Assembly: GCA_964187785.1 (NCBI GenBank)
Contig: OZ076409.1
Location: 43,526,001-43,590,000, forward strand
Origin: Amphiscolops sp. MND2022
Lineage: Eukaryota
Direction: 5' to 3'
DNA: 64,000 bases
Every line of letters begins with the position of its first letter. Positions within the stretch are counted from its first letter, which is position 1. The translations under genes and the position numbers were made by a program. Below are positions 1-12,518 of this stretch, piece by piece. A model generated the notes under the pieces. It had not been told where the DNA came from and did not search any database. It saw only the letters and a list, made by a program, of their open reading frames with translations.

Positions 1-1636
1 GCAGACTGATTACCTTTGCAGATAACGACAGAGTGCTCGCCGGAGCAATGTTTGCATGACACTTTCGAATGACAGTTGGAACTGACGTGCCCGAACTCCT
101 GACCTCGGTAGCAGCGGATTATTCGTATGCCTTGCAGTATGAATTCGACTGGTTGAAAGTACAAATGGTCAATGAAAATCCCGTCGGTTGTTGCCTTGCC
201 AAACAGGACTTTTGAGGGAAACGTGATTCTGACACCAGGTAATTTATCCGTAGGAGCTAATATCATGTAAAACTCGGCCACTTCTAATGGAACTCCTCGA
301 ATTACGGCGCTGTGATGTTCATTCCTGTCACTAGCTCTCCGAACCGACGAGTCGCTCCCAAAAATTCAGCCTTCCATCACTGAAAAACACACACATTCAG
401 CCTTCTGTGCAGCTGTAAATTCAAGATGTATACTACCACGCGCTGTAATAAATGCGTTCAGTATTTTTTGTTTGGAAATATTGAAGCAAACGCTTTTGTG
501 ATTTCGATGCTTTCTCTGAAATTCTGATTTGTCTTGATGAGCATTATGTTGCGAGGATCACTATTTTGTCTTGTTCCACCTCTGGTGTCATTTGTACTTT
601 TTGTTAGAGTTTCGTTTTGATTAGTTTTCACTTTATCCGCATAGTTCTCATGAGGTTGAGTTGATGCTGGGTTGTCAAGCTTGAGTTTGATGGTTAACAG
701 ATCCTTCTTCATGGATTCCATAATTTGTATCTCCGATTTTCTAAGTTCAGTCTCTTTCTTTCTGTTGTGGATAAAGGCTTTCAAGGATTTCCAGACGTTA
801 GAAGAACGACCCTGTAAATGCTTGTCTTCGCATTTGGAGCAATACCAATGAACAGAGGCATATTTTGAAAGTGTTTGTAGGTCTTATACATCAAGGACCT
901 CACACGATCCTTGCCACCACAACTCACACGGTTTCTTCCTTATCTTTTTATCTGGTTTGAACCTCTGTACGTGATTTCGGTGATTCCAGACTATAGAGAG
1001 GAGCTTGAAGTCTAGTGCTGCTGACCGATGCACCTGTTGAAAGTCGGACAGGATCGTGCTGTCTTTGCGTTTCCTATGAGAGATTAATTATCTAACAGCG
1101 TCGAGGATGATGATCTGTGAACCGAATAAGCGCCTTTTGATGTCCCCGGTGCCCAGACGACGACAGTACACTATAGCTTTATTTCTGTCTTGAAGAGCAG
1201 GAGATTTTCTTTTAGCTGGTTGATTGAATTTGGCTGATAGTGATGCATCTATGGGGCGAAATTAATTCGTTTATAACGTCGTGTCAAATGATAATAATGG
1301 TAACTTTACTGAGAGAACCTCGAGTAAGAAGGTTTTGAAGAATTTTTTGACGGCTGATGATTTTATCGTTAAAACTAAGCCCCGGAACCGAGAAGCAGCT
1401 GCAATCAAATACTTTTTTAAATTTGTAAGGTATAGAATCAAGCATTTGGCACAATGAACTAGCGGCAATAATGAAAACCATGTAATCAGTAATGAAAGGG
1501 ATGCGTGCTAAATAATTTTAGAAAAAGAACGAACTAACCATTTTTGATACAGGCCGAATTGGCACGACAAACCAACAGAACAGTCACAGAGACCAGAGTG
1601 TGATGATAGTCCTTGAGTCAGTGAAAGGTGAATAAT
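1..1636 (-). mobile_element. 5' part of a decayed non-LTR retrotransposon (LINE): SGNH-like upstream ORF, PHD finger and CCHC zinc-knuckle ORF1; runs off the left edge
   Basis: Minus-strand translation gives MVFIIAASSL..VPGLSFN..(W)HDVIN..AIVYCRRLGTGDI..QQVH (broken by stops/frameshifts). A PHD half follows (CE.WWQGSC..VHWYCSKCED), and 1-130 encodes gag-like knuckles (RIIRCYRGQEFGHVSSNC..CKHCSGEH...C). 5' end placed near an ATCATTC-like start, seen best in copy 2 (~5337). Confidence 0.75.
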
Positions 1637-1721
1637 AAATCTAACCAATAACTTTTTAAAGGCTATTCAACATGTTTTTAGCAACAATTGGATAGTAAAT
1701 GGAAAAAATCTACAAACTTGC

Positions 1722-3985
1722 TGTCGCGACCCGCTCCCGGTCGTCTCTACACTTGCTGTGCTGGATTTCCGGGCTAATCGAAAGAAACCGGTCACGGTTA
1801 CAACAAGTATTTTTAAGGTGAGTTACAAACTAACCTAAAGAATTCTACTTACAGTAGAGCTAAGATATTTGCAGGTAAAATTCTTGGATAACAAAAACCT
1901 AGGTAAGAGTTACCGAACAATTCAAGCAATGATCTCGATCTAGTCAGAATTTCCGGTCTCAGCTTCTAAAACTCACATACCGATTTGAATAGCGAAACAG
2001 ACACAAATTATGTAACGGAAAATAGCACTTTTTCCACCCTAGAATGAAAACATCAAGGGCAAAAATTAACTCCGAATTTATAACGGATTTCATACAATCT
2101 AAAATGGAAGAAACATACACGAACAAAAAATGGATTGTTTTCTAAAGAATAAAGTAGTTGTCATATTTCATTTAAAGTACAATCAAGTAATTTAGGCAAA
2201 TAATTACAACTTTATGATTACGTCACTCCGTTCAGCTAGTTGTTGATGTTTCTATTTTTACGATCCAATAGCGTCGTAGCTTAACAAAGTTGTTTGAGCA
2301 TATTCCAATAGGATGTCAGCTTGATCTAATAAGAAAATTACCATAGCAACGCTAACTAGCTTATAGAAAATGGCCGCCTGCCCACTCCGCCGCATCTCTA
2401 CCAGCCGCCGCAAAGCTATACTTAATCTTAATACGTACAGGCGACTACGTAGTGGATTGTAAAATTGTAAAGCTATACACAATCTTAATACGTACGGAAA
2501 GCATTGTGCGCGAATTGTAAAATGATGAATAAAAAAGAAGCTCGTTGGTAACCGTAAGAATGATTTTGGAGGGGAACAATGCTTTTTGTGAATATGATCC
2601 AACATAACAAAACTGTACTGTACGGGAGAATATGATGAAAGTATCCTTGAACTGTGTGCTATTTTGAAGTGCATCTTTGGTGGTAATTACAAAAGCTACG
2701 TTTACCTTACGTTGCGAATAACCTGTTTGAAAGAAAGTTGTAATCAGATATTTTATCATATGTTTAACTAATAACGCAGTTGAAGGACCGAAATCACAAC
2801 GTAAGGTCATTATTTTCCAAAGTGTAATTCCTTGGGCCAAGGCTTCTATTCTTACTACGCTATTGATTATAATCATGTAATGCTAGTAATGCTGTATTTG
2901 TTTTGTTATTTGGATTTATATCATCTCAAAATAACGGACCGTTTCTGTTAATATAAAGGTATGTTGTTGTTTTGTTAATTATGTAGAATAGTACAATTTG
3001 GTATTGGGTTGAAAACTGTATCTTAACCAGTACAATAGTGTTTCATGTCATTGACAATAAGTGAAGTACGTTATTCCAGCATCATTTGTTCCTATCGATG
3101 TCTAAATGTTTGCATTTCCGAGTTTCTTTGCTCCACTTTAGTTTCGTTGCCATTTTTGAGTGTCATACTTTTGCTTCGAATATTAACTTCCTAAGTTGGA
3201 ATTGACTGAATGATCCCGCCGCCGAGCCTTCGTTGATGCAATTGTAAGCTAGACTTTTGTTTTACCGCATTTTTGATTTGAAACAGGAAATGGAATTGCC
3301 TGAACAAAACTCATTTCAACAAATATTACGGAATAGTGACAAAACTAGGAGTTTCGATACCTGATTTTTTGACATGGGACTGAAATAATTTGATTTATGA
3401 GTGCTTTTTGGTGAACATACCTGATTTTTGTGGAATTTTTAGGTGAGGAACAAATGATGCTGGAAGGGTATAAATATGTTAAACTTACATGTAAAAGAGA
3501 GTTACTTTTGAAGATGCATAGTACTTAAACTGTTCCGTTACAACTACGTAAAACAAAAATCTTCTTCAAAGAATTCATCCTTTTCCGAAGACTTTGATTT
3601 TTCAACAAAATGACAACTAGAAGCCAGAAGAGAAAGGCAGTAACTGAGCTAGTTTCTGGAGAATTCGAAGCTTTTGTAGCTGAGAATATCCAATCTGAGA
3701 CCTTCGCATCTGGTCCTAGTAAAACTCTTACAGTTGAACCTGAAAACTTAGACGAAATTAAAACGCCTTTAAGAAAAAAGATCATGTCTGATCTAGCGGA
3801 AATGTTAGCTGAGAACCAAAAGGAAATGGTAAAACTCATAGAACTATTGAGTAAAAAACAACCAGTACATCCAAATAATCAAGATTCTGATTCTGAGTCT
3901 GAAAATATTTCCGTAGCTCGCACGTCAGCGCCTGTGAAATCTAATACGGCTTCACCTGAAACTACCCCGATAAACAACCGTATTA
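1722..3985 (+). mobile_element. Long (~2.26 kb) solo LTR, copy 1, with 5-bp TSD CTTGC
   Basis: Starts TGTCGCGAC and ends CCGTATTA (degenerate inverse of TGTC/TACGAC). CTTGC lies immediately on both sides (1717-1721, 3986-3990). Contains the ORF MTTRSQKRKAV.. running up to its 3' edge. Confidence 0.75.
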
Positions 3986-4020
3986 CTTGCTTTCAAATAC
4001 TTACTACATTCCAAAGGTAG
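3610..4020 (+). pseudogene. LTR-encoded N-terminal gag-like ORF (MTTRSQKRKAV...), repeated at 7304-7774 and 11043-11507
   Basis: Open ~125-codon acidic/coiled-coil ORF inside the LTR in all three copies. It reads across the LTR end into flanking DNA. Gag identity is inferred from position only. Confidence 0.5.
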
Positions 4021-5421
4021 AGAGTGAATTTGTAAAAAAACATCTTTGTAGAAGTAAGTTTGTAGAAAAGTGATAGTAAGGTTGTAGAAAAAACTTTGTT
4101 TTTTACCCTATCCGCATAGTTTTTGAGAGGCTGAGTTGCTGCTGGGTTGTCACGCTTGAGTTTGATGGTTAATATTGAAGCAAACGCTTTTGTGATTTCG
4201 ATGCTATCTCTGAAATTCTGATTTGTCTTGATGAGCATTATGTTGCGAGGATCACGATTTCGTCTTGTTCCACCTCTGATGTCATTTTACCTTTTTTGTT
4301 AGAGTTTCGTTTTGATTAGTTTTCACTTCATCTGCATGGTTCTCGTGAGGTTGAGTTGATGCTGGGTTGTCGAGCTTGAGTTTGATGGTTAACAGATCTT
4401 TCTTCATGGATTCCATAATTTGTATCTCCGATTTTCTAATTTTAGTCTCTTTCTTCCTGTTGTGGATAATGGCATTCAAGGATTTCCAGACGTTAGAAGA
4501 ACGACCCTGTAAATGCTTGTCTTTGCATTTGGAGCAATACCAATGAACAGAGGCATATTTTGAAAGTGTTTGTAGGTCTAATACATCAAGGACCTCACAC
4601 GATCCTTGCCACCACGACTCACACGGTTTCTTCCTTATCTTTTTATCTAGTTTGAACCTCTGTACGTGATTTCGGTGATTCCAGACTATTGAGAGGAGCT
4701 TGAAGTCTAGTGCTGCTGACGGATGCACCTGTTGAAAGTCGGACAGGATCGTGCTCTCTTTGCGTTTCCTATGAGAAATTAATTTTCTAACAGCGTCGAG
4801 GATGATGATCTGTGAACCGAATAAGCGCCTTTTGATGTCCCCGGTGCCCAGACGACGACAGTACACTATAGCTTTATATCTGTCTTGAAGAGCAGGAGAT
4901 TTTCTTTTAGCTGGTTGATCGAATTTCGCTGATAGTTGATGCATCTATGGGGCGAAATTAATTTGTTTATAACGTCGTGTCAAATGATAATATTGGTAAT
5001 TTTACTGAGAGAACCTCGAGTTGGAAGGTTTTGAAGAATTTTTTGACGGTTGTTGATTTTATCGTTAAAACTAAGCCCCGGAACCGAGAAGCAGCTGCAA
5101 TCAAATACTTTTTTAAATTTGTAAGGTATAGAATCAAGCATTTGGCACAATGAACTAGCGGCAATAATGAAAACCATGTAATCAGTAATGAAAGGGATGC
5201 GTGCTAAATAATTAAAAAAAAGAACGAACTAACCATTTTTGATACAGGCTGAATTGGCACGACAAACCAACAGAACAGTCACAGAGACCAGAGTGTGACG
5301 ATAGTCCAGAGCTTGAGTTCAGTGAAAGGTGAATGATAAATCCAACCAATAACTTTTTTAGGCTATTCAACATGTTTATAGCAACAATTGGATAGTAAAT
5401 GGAAAAAATCTACAAACTTGC

Positions 5422-7685
5422 TGTCACGACCCGCTCCCGGTCGTCTCTACACTTGCTGTGCTGGATTTCCGGGCTAATCGAAAGAAACCGGTCACGGTTA
5501 CAACAAGTATTTTTAAGGTAAGGTACAAACTAACTTAAAGAATTCTACTTACAGTAGAGCTAAGATATTTGCAGGTAAAATTCTTGGATAACAAAAACCT
5601 AGGTACGAGTTACAGAACAATTCAAGCAATGATCTCGATCTAGTCAGAATTTCCGGTCTCAGCTTCTAAAATTCACATACCGATTTGAATAGCAAAACAG
5701 ACACAAATTATGTAACGGAAAATAGCACTTTTTCCACCCTAGAATGAAAACATCAAGGGCAAAAACTAACTCCGTATTTATAACGGAATTCATACAACCT
5801 ATAAAGGAAGAAACATACACGAACAAAAATGGATTGTTTTCTAAAGAATAAAGTAGTTGTCATAATTCATTTAAAGTACAGTCAAGTAATTTAGGCAAAT
5901 AATTACAACGTTATGAGTACGTCACTCCGTTCAGCTAGTTGTTGATGTTTTTATTTTTACGGTCCAATAGCGTCGTAGCTTAACAAAGTTGTTTGAGCTC
6001 ATTCCAATAGGATGTCAGCTTGATCTCATAAGAAAGTTACCATAGCAACGCTAACTAGCTTAAAGAAAATGGACGCCTGCTCACTCCGCCGCATCTCTAC
6101 CAGCCGCCGCAAAGCTATACCTAATCTTAATACGTACAGGCGACTACGTAGTGGATTGTAAAACTGTAAAACTATACACAATCCTAATACGTACGGAAAG
6201 CCTTGGGCGCGAATTGTAAAATGATGAATAAAAAAGAAGCTCGTTGGTAACCGTAAGAATGATTTTAGAGGGGAACAATGCTTTTTGTGAATAACGATCC
6301 AGCAAAACAAAACTGTACTGTACGGGAGAATATGATGAAAGTATCCTTGAACTGTGTGCTATTTTGAAGTGCATCTTTGGTGGTAATTACAAAAGCTACG
6401 TTTACCTTACGTTGAGAATAACCTGTTTGAAAGAAACTTGTAATCAGATATTTTATCATATGTATAACTAATAACGCAGTTGAAGGACCGAAATCACAAC
6501 TTAAGGTCATTATTTTCCAAAGTGTAATTCCTTGGGCCAAGGCTTCTATTCTTACTACGCTATTGATTATAATCATGTAATGCTAGTAATGCTGTATTTG
6601 TTTTGTTATTTGGATTTGTATCATCTCAAAATAACGGACCGGTTCTATTAATATAAAGGTATGTTGTTGTTTTGTTAATTATGTAGAATAGTACAATTTG
6701 GTACTGCGTTGAAAACTGTATCTTAACCAGTACAGTAGTGTTTCATGTCATTGACAATAAGTGAAGTACGTTATTCCAGTATCATTTGTTCCTATCAATG
6801 TCTAAATGTTTCCATTTCCGAGTTTCCTTGCTCCACTTTAGTTTCGTTGCCATTTTTGAGTGTCATACTTTTGCTTCGAATATTAACTTCCTAAGTTGGG
6901 AATTGACTGAATGATCCCGCCGCCGTTCCTTCGTTGATGCATTTGCTAGACTTTTGTTTCACCGCATTTTTGATTTGAAACAGGAAATGGAATTGCCTTA
7001 ACAAAATTCATTTCAACAAATATTACGGAATAGTGACAAAACTAGGAGTTTCGATACCTGATTTTTTGACATGGGGCTTAAATAAATTGAATTATTAGTG
7101 CTTTATGGTGAACATACCTGATTTTTGTGGAATTTTTAGGTGAGGAACAAATGATGCTGGAAGGGTATAAATATGTTAAACTTACATGTAAAAGAGAGTT
7201 ACTTTTGAAGATGCATAGTACTTAAACTGTTCGGTTACAACTACGTAAAACAAAAATCTTCAAAGAATTCATCTTTTTCCGAAGACTTCGATTTTTCAAC
7301 AAAATGACAATTAGAAGCCAGAAGAGAAAGGCAGTAACTGAGCTAGTTTCTGGAGAATTCGAAGCTTTTGTAGCTGAGAATATCCAATCTGAGACCCTCG
7401 CATCTGGTCTTAGTAAAACTCTTACAGTTGAACCTGAAAACTTAGACGAAATTAAAACGCCTTCAAGTAAAAAGATCATGTCTGATCTAGCGGAAATGTT
7501 AGCTGAGAACCGAAAGGAAATGGTAAAACTCATAGAACTATTGAGTAAAAAACAACCAGTACATCCAAATAATCAAGATTCTGATTCTGAGTCTGGAAAT
7601 ATTTCCGTAGCTCGCACGTCAGCGCCTGTGAAAAGTAATACGGCTGCACCTGAAATTACCCCGATCCCGATAAACAACCGTATTA
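5422..7685 (+). mobile_element. Solo LTR, copy 2 (TSD CTTGC)
   Basis: TGTCACGAC...CCGTATTA flanked by CTTGC at 5417-5421 and 7686-7690. Confidence 0.75.
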
Positions 7686-9124
7686 CTTGCTTTCAAAAAA
7701 CTTACTATATTCCAAAGGTAGAGAGTGAATTTGTAAAAAAACATCTTTGTAGAAGCAAGTTTGTAGAAAAGTGATAGTAAGGTTGTAGAAAAAACTTTGT
7801 TTTTTACCCTATCCGCATAGTTTTTGAGAGTCTGAGTTGCTGCTGGGTTGTCACGCTTGAGTTTGATGGTTAATATTGAAGCAGACGCTTTTGTGATTTC
7901 GATGCTATCTCTGAAATTCTGATTTGTCTTGATGAGCATTATGTTGCGAGGATCACGATTTCGTCTTGTTCCACCTCTGATGTCATTTTACCTTTTATGT
8001 TAGAGTTTCGTTTTGATTAGTTTTCACTTTATCCGCATGGTTCTCGTGAGGTTGAGTTGATGCTGGGTTGTCGAGCTTGAGTTTGATGGTTAACAGATCT
8101 TTCTTCATGGATTCCATAATTTGTATCTCCGATTTTCTAATTTTAGTCTCTTTCTTCCTGTTGTGGATAATGGCATTCAAGGATTTCCAGACGTTAGAAG
8201 AACGACCCTGTAAATGCTTGTCTTCGCATTTGGAGCAATACCAATGAACAGAGGCATATTTTGAAAGTGTTTGTAGGTCTGATACATCAAGGACCTCACA
8301 CGATCCTTGCCACGACGACTCACACGGTTTCTTCCTTATCTTTCTATCTAGTTTGAACCTCTGTACGTGATTTCGGTGATTCCAGACTATAGAGAGGAGC
8401 TTGAAGTCTAGTGCTGCTGGCGGATGCACCTGTTGAAAGTCGGACAGGATCGTGCTGTCTTTGCGTTTCCTATGAGAAATTAATTTTCTAACAGCGTCGA
8501 GGATGACGATCTGTGAACTGAATAAGCGCCTTTTGATGTCCCCGGTGCCCAGACGGCGACAGTAAACGCTTGCTTTTTTTCTGTCTTGAAGAGCAGGAGA
8601 TTTTCTTTTAGCTGTTTGATCGAACTTGACTGATAGTTGATGCATCTATTAATGGCGAAATTAATTTGTTTATAACGTCGTGCCAAATGATAATATTGGT
8701 AACTTTACTGAGAGAACCTCGAGTAAGAAGGTTTTGAAGAATTTTTTGACGGTTGATGATTTTATCGTTAAAACGAAGCCCCGGAACCAAGAAGCAGCTG
8801 CAATCAAATACTTTTTTAAGTTTGTGAGGTATAGAATCAAGCATTTGGCACAATGAACTAGCGACAATAATGAAAACCATGTAATCAGTAATGAAAGGGG
8901 TGCGTGCTAAATAATTTTAAAAAAAACGAACTAACCATTTTTCATACAGGCCGAATTGGCACAACAAACCAACAGAACAATCACAGAGACAAGAGTGTGA
9001 CGATAGTCCAGAGCTTGAGTCCAGTGAAAGGTGAACAATCAATCCAACCAATAACTTCTTTTAAGCTATCCAACATGTTTATAGCAACAATTAGATAGTA
9101 AGTGGAAAAAATCTACAAACTTGC

Positions 9125-11418
9125 TGTCACGACCCGCTTCCGGTCGTCTCTACACTTGCTGTGCTGGAACTCCGGGGTAATCGAAAGGAACCGGTCACGG
9201 TTACAACAAATATTTTTAAGGTACACTTACAAACTAACCTAAATATTTCTACTTACAGTAGAGCTAAGATATTTGCAAGTAAATTTCTCGGATAACGAAA
9301 ACCTACGTAAGAGTTACAGAACAATTTAGGAAATGATCTCGATCTAGTCAGAACTTCCGGTCTAACGTTTTACACGTTATCATTTCCGGTCTTAGCTTCT
9401 AAAATTCACATACCGATCTGAATAGCAAAACAGACACAAATTATGTAACGGAAAATAGCACTTTTTCCACCCTAGAATGAAAACATCCAGGGCAAAAAAT
9501 AACTCCGTATTTATAACGGAATTCATACAATCTAAAATGGAAGAAACATACACGAACAAAACATGGATTGTTTTCTAAAGAATACAGTAGTTGTCATATT
9601 TCATTTAAAGTACAGTCAAGTAATTTAGGCAAATAATTACAACGTTATGAGTACGTCACTCCGTTCAGCTAGTTGTTGATGTTTCTATTTTTACGGTCCA
9701 ATAGCGTCGTAGCTTAACAAAGTTGTTTGAGCTCATTCCAATAGGATGTCAGCTTGATCTAATAAGAAAGTTACCATAGCAACGCTAACTAGCTTAAAGA
9801 AAATGGACGCCTGCTCACTCCGCCGCATCTCTACCAGCCGCCGCAAAGCTATACCTAATCTTAATACGTATAGGCGACTACGTAGTGGATTGTAAAATTG
9901 TAAAGCTATACACAATCTTAATACGTACGGAAAGCCTTGGACGCGAATTGTAAAATGGTGAATAAAAAAGAAGCTCGTTGGTAACTGGAAAAATGATTTT
10001 AGAGGGGAACAATGCTTTTTGTGAAGATGATCCAACATAACAAAACTGTACTGTACGGGAGAATATGATGAAAGTATCCTTGAACTGTGTGCTATTTTGA
10101 AGTGCATCTTTGGTGATAATTACAAAAGCTACGTTTACCTTACGTTGCGAATAACCTGTTTGAAAAAAGTTGTAATTAGATATTTTATCATATGTATAAT
10201 TAATAACGCAGTTGAAGGACCGAAATCACAACGTAAGGTCATTATTTTCCAAAGTGTATTTCCTTGGGCCAAGGCCTCTATTCCTACTACGCTATTGAAA
10301 ATAATCATGTAATGCTAGTAATGCCGTATTTGTTTTGGTATTTGGATTTGTATCATCTCAAAATAACGGACCGTTTCTGTTAATATCAAGGTATGTCGTT
10401 GTTTTGTTAATTATGTAGAATAGTACATATTGGTATTGGGATGAAAACTGTATCTTAACCAGTACAGTAGAGTTTCATGTCATTGACAAAAAGTGAAGTA
10501 GGTTATTCCAGCATCATTTGTTCCTATCAATGTCTAAATGTTTCCATTTCCGAGTTTCTTTGCTCCGCCTTAGTTTCGTTGCCTTTTTTGAGTGTCATAC
10601 ATTTGCTTCGAATATTAACTTCCTAAGTTGGGAATTGACTGAATGATCCCGCCGCCGAGCCTTCGTTGATGCAATTGTAAGCTAGACTTTTGTTTTACCG
10701 CATTTTTGATTTGAAACAGGAAATGGAATTGCCTGAACAAAACTCATTTCAACAAATATTACGGAATAGTGACAAAACTAGGAGTTTCGATACCTGATTT
10801 TTTGACATGGGACTGAAATAATTTGATTTATGAGTGCTTTTTGGTGAACATACCTGATTTTTGTGGAATTTTTAGGTGAGGAACAAATGATGCTGGAAGG
10901 GTATAAATATGTTAAACTTACATGTAAAAGAGAGTTACTTTTGAAGATGCATAGTACTTAAACTGTTCCGTTACAACTACGTAAAACAAAAATCTTCTTC
11001 AAAGAATTCATCTTTTTCCGAAGACATTGATTTTTCAACAAAATGACAACTAGAAGCCAGAAGAGAAAGGCAGTAACTGAGCTAGTTTCTGGAGAATTCG
11101 AAGCTTTTGTAGCTGAGAATATCCAATCTGAGACCCTCGTATCTGGTCATAGTAAAACTCTTACAGTTGAACCTGAAAACTTAGACGAAATAAAAACGCC
11201 ACTAACAAAACAGATCATGTCTGATCTAGCGGAAATGTTAGCTGAGAACCAAAAGGAAATGGTAAAACTCACGAAACTATTGAGTAAAAAACAACCAGTA
11301 CATCCAAATAATCAAGATTCTGATTCTGAGTCTGGAAATATTTCCGTAGCTCGCACGTCACCGCCTGTGAAAACTAATACGGCTGCACCTGAAACTATCC
11401 CGATAAACAACTGTAATA
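9125..11418 (+). mobile_element. Solo LTR, copy 3 (TSD CTTGC)
   Basis: TGTCACGAC...CTGTAATA flanked by CTTGC at 9120-9124 and 11419-11423. Carries an extra ~30 bp near 9360 that is absent from copies 1-2. Confidence 0.75.
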
Positions 11419-11580
11419 CTTGCTTTAAAAAAACTTTCTACATTCCAAAGGTAGAGAGTGAATTTGTAAAAAAACATCTTTGTAGAAGTAAGTTTGTAGA
11501 AAAGTGATAGTAAGGTTGGAGGAAAAACTTTGTTTTTTACCTTATCCGCATAGTTTTTGAGAGGCTGAGTTGATGCTGGG

Positions 11581-11871
11581 TGGGACTTGCCATATGGCAA
11601 GTCTCAACGTTGCTACTTGGCGAAGGGAGCGAAGCGACCGAGCCATACAACAAATATGCAAAACTAGTCGTAACACTTTTTTCTGGAAAGTTTCCAAAAT
11701 GTCGTTCAAAATTCTTTTCAGTATTGGTCTTCGATGAATTTGTTCCCAGCATTTGCTTGAGTTAGAATGGTCTTAGCGAAACTTGGTGGTCATTTGGGTT
11801 TAAAATAATAGACCAAAACACTTGAGGGGAAAATTCAGTCCAATGGCTTTTAGCCAAGTGACTTCTAACCG
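11581..11871 (+). mobile_element. Truncated MITE: hairpin core B plus AGCCAAGTGACT-type right arm
   Basis: Perfect palindrome GACTTGCCATATGGCAAGTC, then TTGCTACTTGGCGAAGGGAGCGAAGCGACCGAGCCATAC (shared with 24836-24872 and 60976-61015). Ends AGCCAAGTGACTTCTAACC, like the end at 24682-24700. Confidence 0.6.
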
Positions 11872-12272
11872 TTGACAACAACTGGCAATCATCGAAGTTA
11901 AATGGAATCGTATAGTTCTCATTCTTAACGCCTTACATAACTTCATCCAATTGTCGATGCTTTCTTTGACTATGTATACGGAAAGCTCTCCTGCAAATTG
12001 CGGTTTCTACAAATCATATCATATAGGTCAAAGACATTTCGGTGCTTTGCGACATTTACTTGGTGACACCCACTTAGTTACTCGATTATGAAACATTTGT
12101 CCAGCTTTTCACCAAGTTTCTTGACCTCACTTTTTTCCCCTTTGTATTAAATTCAAACATTGGACGCGGGCAAACCTCGATATCAGGGAAGCTCCAGAGT
12201 CAGTTTTAACCTACGCGACAGCACATCTAACTTAATTCGAAAGAGAACAAACTGTATGAAACTTTGCCACGC

Positions 12273-12319
12273 CTTTCTCTCTCTCCCTTTCTCTCTCTTT
12301 CTTTCTCTCTCTCTCTCTC
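12273..12319. repeat. (CT)n-rich microsatellite
   Basis: ctttctctctctccctttctctctctttctttctctctctctctctc. Confidence 0.9.
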
Positions 12320-12518
12320 GAATGATCTGACTTACAAATCTAGTGTCATCTAGTCACTCACTACGGAAGCGACCTCTTTGAATACAAAGAGGTTTGCGAA
12401 CAAAAATATATTCTTGCAATTGCTGTGGTAAACTTATTAACTAGTTGCTGAGAAGTTTACTGAAAGTGAATGCACGTCTGGTTGCTAAACACCTCTTTAC
12501 AGAATGGCATCAAGGGAA

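Larger units (their letters stand above)
478..11580. repeat. Tandem triplication of a ~3.7 kb composite unit (LINE 5' end + solo LTR)
   Basis: The same sequence recurs at ~3700 bp offsets (LTR starts 1722/5422/9125; MT(T/I)RSQKRK ORFs 3610/7304/11043). Units are ~478-4172, 4173-7872 and 7873-11580, and differ by many SNPs and small indels. Confidence 0.97.
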
